Shown here: piece by piece, positions 54,817 through 64,000 of the stretch | Numbering within the stretch: position 1 is the first letter of the stretch | Layout of the letters: every line of letters starts with the position of its first letter | Source of the DNA: Chrysomallon squamiferum | Lineage: Eukaryota > Animalia > Mollusca | DNA length: 64,000 nt | Direction of reading: 5' to 3' | Assembly: GCA_012295275.1 (NCBI GenBank) | Contig: CM022678.1 | Coordinates: 4,712,001 to 4,776,000 of the forward strand | Notes under the pieces: model-generated | Database searches by the model: none | What the model was told of the DNA's origin: nothing | The model's input: only the letters and a program-made list of their open reading frames with translations | Program-made: the position numbers and the translations under genes

Positions 54817-55304
54817 ATGACGTCTGTGAAGTATATATCACTTATGATTTTCATCCTGTTTGACTCCAAGACTGCTTCAGAAGTTTGTTCAACAACTGGT
54901 AACGTTCAAACCAATTTTCAGGAATCGTCTCTGTTTCGAGATATAAAACCTAAATCACAAAGTTTAAAACAAATGACAACGTCAGGAAGATTACAGTGCG
55001 CAGTAAATTGCTATCATCGTCCTGGCTGCCGAAGTATGTTCTATTCGACCACTAACAACGATTGTTTGTTATACGGTGACGATGTTTTTCATTCAGCCTC
55101 AGAAAATTATACAGGAATGCGACGATTCGGTAAATTATTCAAATATATTTGTCTCTTTTTTTAATTTTCTTCTTCTTCGTCTTCTTCTTCTTCTTCTTCT
55201 TCTTCTTCTACATTTTCTTCCTCTTCTTCTTCTTACGTGTTCGCATTTTAGATATAAATGTTTACCGAGAATCAACTGAATTCAGTTTACAGATGTTGAA
55301 AACA

Positions 55305-55373
<69 letters not shown>

Positions 55374-56265
55374 GTGTTTTAGATTAAAATAATTAGATTC
55401 AAAGATTTACTCAGAATACACTGAATTCACTTTACAGATGTTGAAAACGATGTACCTGCAGACTGTTACGATGTCGTGAAGAAAGGAATTCAGACTGACG
55501 GTGTTTATTTGGTACAACCACGTGACGGCGGGCAGCCAATCAGTGTCTATTGTGAAATTAGTAATGGAGGATGGTTGGTAAGTGAGAAGTATTGTTACGC
55601 ACAAAAATTATTAGAATCTTGATAATAATGTTTCCTGACACACAGATTTAAAGACAGAGAAAGATAATTAATCTATAAAATAAGGGTTTACGTAGATATA
55701 GAATATAAATTTTTTAACCTGAGACTCTTAATTAGGTTCGACTAGATTATAATCACAGCTTATATTGTCTTATAGTTTAGTCTTTCTTCAATACTGATTC
55801 AGGTATTTCAGAGAAGGACTGACGGATCGGAAGATTTCTACAGAACTTGGAATGAATACAAAGACGGTTTCGGAAATTTGAACAATGAGTTCTGGCTGGG
55901 TATGTTTAAACCTGATTATCTTTTCAAAAGACTGGCCGGTTGATGCAAATGGATACTGAAATAGACAAATGTTTTTAATGAAAATATAACTTATATTCGT
56001 ATTTTGTGTCACATTTCTTCCAACATAAGTATCGTTGTTCGTGTTGGTATCATCATCATCATCATGACACTGATGATGAACATTAGAAGCATCATCAAAG
56101 TTATTATTATTATTCTTATTATTATTAGGTAACACGAATATTCACAGAAAGATTAGTGAATGCTCTTGTCAGTTTTGAAGACGAAACATTCTTTTAATAT
56201 TTATTTTGTGTCATTATGAAGTGAACATTCTATTAGAAACATATATTATTATTTTTATTATTATT

Positions 56266-56337
<72 letters not shown>

Positions 56338-56969
56338 TTTAGGCAATACCAATATTCACAGACTGACTACTCAAGGACTTTATGAACTGAGGGTAGATTT
56401 AGAAGATTTTGTAGGGAGTAGGGACCTACGCCTCCTACAAGAATTTCTCGATAGCAGGAGAAGACAAGAATTTCCAGTTGTCTATAGCCAATTACAGTGG
56501 AACTGCTGGTACTGTGATTTGTAATTACATCAGTTTTTGGTATGATTTAATGTGATAACATTTGATATTAATTTTCTTTTACTAAATTTCCTTGTTCCTT
56601 TTCTCATCTATTTCCTTTTTTTTCTTCTTTTTTTTTTTCTTTCGGTTATTATTATAATTGTTATTTTCATTATCATCATCATCTTTATTATTAGTAGTAG
56701 TAATAGTAGTAGTAGTATTGCCGTTATTGTTATGATCATCATGATGATCATTATTTTTGTATTATTTTGATTATGATTATTATCATTAATATTATTATTA
56801 AAATCATTATGATCATACTTTTTGTTATCCCGATCTTCATCTCATCACTGTCAAAGATTTTAACATTGTAAATAAAATCTTTCTTTATTATTATTATCAT
56901 CATCATCATCATTATTTATTTATTTATTTATTGATTTATTGATTTATTTATTTATTGCTTTTGTTTTGA

Positions 56970-57009
<40 letters not shown>

Positions 57010-57269
57010 GTGATGGTCTTGAGTGGCACAACGGTTGTTACTTCAGTACAAAAGACAAAGACGTAGACAAATCGTCTTCGGACTGTGCTAAAGAACACAG
57101 AGGCGCGTGGTGGTACAGATTCTGCCTCCATTCCAATTTGAATGGCATCTACAGAAACGCGAACAAGACTGATCCAAGTGCTGTTTGGTGGTCTGTATGG
57201 AGAAATAACTGGGATTACGCTCTTAAAAGAACAGTTATGAAAATAAGACCATCTAAATTTGTGCCGTAG
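54817..57269 (+). pseudogene. PAN-FReD gene N, +1 frameshift in exon 4 (pseudogene or assembly error)
   Basis: Exons 54817-55129, 55438-55577, 55803-55899, 56343-56508, 57010-57269. Exon 4 is 166 nt instead of 165 (AGTAGGGACC versus AGCAGGACC in gene A). Confidence 0.75.
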
Positions 57270-57859
57270 TTAAAACAGACACAAAATACGTGGACACACA
57301 GAGACCTGTGAAGTCTGTGAAATACTGATCATTGTGGTGTTCATCGCGGTTTTTTTTATCTGTTCTACTTTTTTGTCTTTAGAAAATTAATAAATGTTTA
57401 TGCTGTGATTTGCTTATTTTATTTTCTATTTTTTGCGTGACTGTTATTATTTTTTCGTTTTTGGCTGTGTGTTTACCTGTAAGAAAAATAATAAATATAT
57501 ATTTCAGATATTTCAATTTTTTATGCTGTAACTCACCCACAAAGGACGAACGAAGTTGCTTTGTGATCATAATGATGATGATGATGTTGCTAATAATAAT
57601 AATAATAATAATTGTAATAATTATAATAACAACAACAACGACGACAACAACTAGACGCGAGTACACAGATAAACTCTTACAGATAAAGTGTTTGTAAGAT
57701 AACAGTTTATATACATCTAGGATTGTATCGTTCTGTTTTGTCGTGCTACCATTATCAGCACTGTCTACCTTACAGAGAGAGATTTAATTCATGTGAGACC
57801 AATACAGGTAGTGACACAATATCACTTTAATCTACGATTATGTTCCTTTATTTATCTAC

Positions 57860-57890
<31 letters not shown>

Positions 57891-58939
57891 ATTGCGCTGA
57901 AATATAACACATACCACAACACTTGAATTATTTATAAAGGTAACTATTCACATGTGATTCCATGCGTTGCTGTAAATGCCATATTACATTTTCAGTCAGT
58001 ATTAATTTAAAACAATTCTTTTATCTGTACTAAATAGGACTAAAAATACTTAACCTAAAAAGTACAGCAATTTTTTTGTAAATCCTGGATATCATGTGAC
58101 TAAAAAGAATAAAAAATTAATTAAAAAACTGTTCGATGTTCGATTTACTAATCTGTTAAACAAAATTTGTAATGTTTAAGAGCTTTATTGCGATTCAGTA
58201 GATGTAAATCAAATATATTATCATTATTGAAATTAAAGTTAAATATTTAATGTATAACAGTAAGGCTTGTGTGTTATCTATTACATTTATTTTGCAGCAT
58301 CAAATTTCATGCACCATTGGAAATTTCTCTTTTTAACTGGAGTGTAGTCCAACATCAAAACATTTATTCTCTAATGTATCTGGGTTTCTATTAGAAAGTT
58401 GTTAATAAATAACTCGCTTTCAGACCGTATCGACTTAATCCCTGGAGCACAAATTATATAGATAAATAATAACAATAGATGCAAAGAAATTACACGTTGA
58501 GTTGTTCTCAAAAACACTTCACTTCTTCGAGTTTAATTCGATCGGAGGTTGTCTAGATTATATTTAATGTGAACCGAAGAACAAAACCGAATATTCTTTG
58601 TCTGAAGACCATCTTAGTCATAATGTTTAAGTCAGCGACTGCTTCAGAGTTCTGTTCAGTTTCTTGCAAATTAAAACCATTATTTTGTGAATTTCATGAC
58701 AGAAACACTGTAATAAATCTGTCATAGGAAAATAGATTTTCGAAGGAAATCTGAGGGTTGAACACATTTTTGATACCTTCCTGATTTTCTGCATATTTCC
58801 TATTTCTTTAGAAACATCGTTTCTGTCGAAAAATCTTTACGCTAAAGTGTTTTTAATTATTTTATGTTTTTCTGAAATTGTTCATATCAATAATAATTTG
58901 ATGCATGTGTTTGTTCTAAACAGAGGATAAACGTATTTC

Positions 58940-58942
<3 letters not shown>

Positions 58943-59035
<93 letters not shown>
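58943..59035. repeat. (CT)n microsatellite
   Basis: Dinucleotide run. Confidence 0.98.
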
Positions 59036-59037
<2 letters not shown>

Positions 59038-60005
59038 GTGAATATAAGAACTAATTTTCATAATGCACAAACGATCATTAATCTTTGTACATAGAACACA
59101 CAAAACTTATCAAATCTTCTGACCATTTCTGAAGCACATGAAGAAATCACGTTATAAAATGTGGCGGAAGATAATAGCGCCATATTGTGCATTAACAATA
59201 ACGTATCAACACTTTTATCTTAGTCCCAAACAAAGACAATATAACTAACCATTAAAATGACTTTGAAATAATTGTCATCTAATACTTAAATAAAACCTGT
59301 AAGGATCAAGAAGAACCAATTATTAAAGACAAATATTCTCAGCTGCATTTTTAGAGAAAAGTGGGTGACATCAGTGAAAAATCACTGCATTTGAAAATGT
59401 CATCGAATTATTATCGAAATTGATTTGAATATTCCTTCTTAAACAACAAGAGTGCACGTCACATAACAAATTTATTGACTTCATCGATTTTCAAACAACA
59501 TTAAATATTCTCTTTGTCCTTCATTTTCTATAAATATTCTTTAACAATTTATTATCCATTGATTCTTTTAGAAAGTTGCAAATCGAAAGCTATCTTTAAT
59601 TGAAAAAGCCTCGTTAATCTTATATCAATGACACAGCCTAGTTCTATTCTTTTTTATAATGAATTACTTTTGATACGTTTAATTAGGTGTAAATAAAAAC
59701 AAAAGAAACGAGTAATAAGTTATTTAACTCTTTACTTTTGTCTGAAATGCCCGGATTATCGTTTGAATACTACGTGAATTCGACATCAGATAAACATTAA
59801 CTCTTTTAACAATAAAACGTTCTTGTGTTTAATTCAATGCGTAATTAAAACTTAATAGCGAACGCTGAATGGTATTAATTTTCTTCATCGATTAAAGTAT
59901 ATGTACAAATCAATATTGAACACAGTGGCAGGTCTTATTTATTCCGCACTTGACAAGAACGTCATCACTCTGACTTCTTCGAGGGTAATGAGAACAACGT
60001 CAAAT

Positions 60006-63590
<3,585 letters not shown>

Positions 63591-64000
63591 TTTGAAGATA
63601 ACAGATCGGATACAAAAAATCATCAATCTGGAATCTTGCCTAAATTTGGCAGTCGCGTTTTGTTTTTTTGTTTTTTTATGTATGTTGTTAATATCCACGT
63701 TGGACTGTTAATGTTGATATATTGTAATATGACAATAAATAAATATAAATATAAGATACTATTAGAATGTGTCATGTATTAGAAGTAAGAAAGATGTTAT
63801 TCAATATGAAAAGGACGACTTTTGCATCGTTGTAATATTTTATTTATATCAACACACCAAAAAATGTGACTGAAATGAAACATGATCTGTCTCATTTGAT
63901 TACAAATATTTCTCAAATAGCACGCAGGACTTCTCGTAATTTAGCTACAAATGTATTTTAAATATAATATTTATACATAATACTGAAATGTTTTGGGTTT

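Overview
AT-rich, microsatellite-dense animal genomic DNA (invertebrate; mollusc-like by inference only) with one 200-N assembly gap. Most of the window is a rapidly turning-over cluster of about 15 copies or fragments of one 5-exon gene. It encodes a secreted ~320-aa protein: signal peptide + PAN/Apple-like Cys domain (exon 1) + fibrinogen C-terminal (FBG/FReD) domain (exons 2-5; intron phases 1-0-1-1). Five copies look intact (E 25.2-27.6 kb, K, L, M 42-52.7 kb, O 60-63.6 kb). The rest carry stops, frameshifts, truncations or inversions, or run into the gap. Paralogs are mosaic: two exon-1 classes are combined with several exon-5 (ligand-binding P-domain) classes. In the middle (21.0-22.9 kb) is an unrelated secreted-protein gene with two copies of an unnamed domain; the second copy is split by a ~310-aa His/Gly/Arg/Trp-rich insert built on a tandem repeat. 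A decayed Tc1/mariner transposase, a ~3-kb inverted repeat, a ~4.1-4.5-kb tandem array and several templated duplications are also present. Gene letters are my own labels. Exon models were read by eye from GT-AG sites and paralog homology, not from transcripts.
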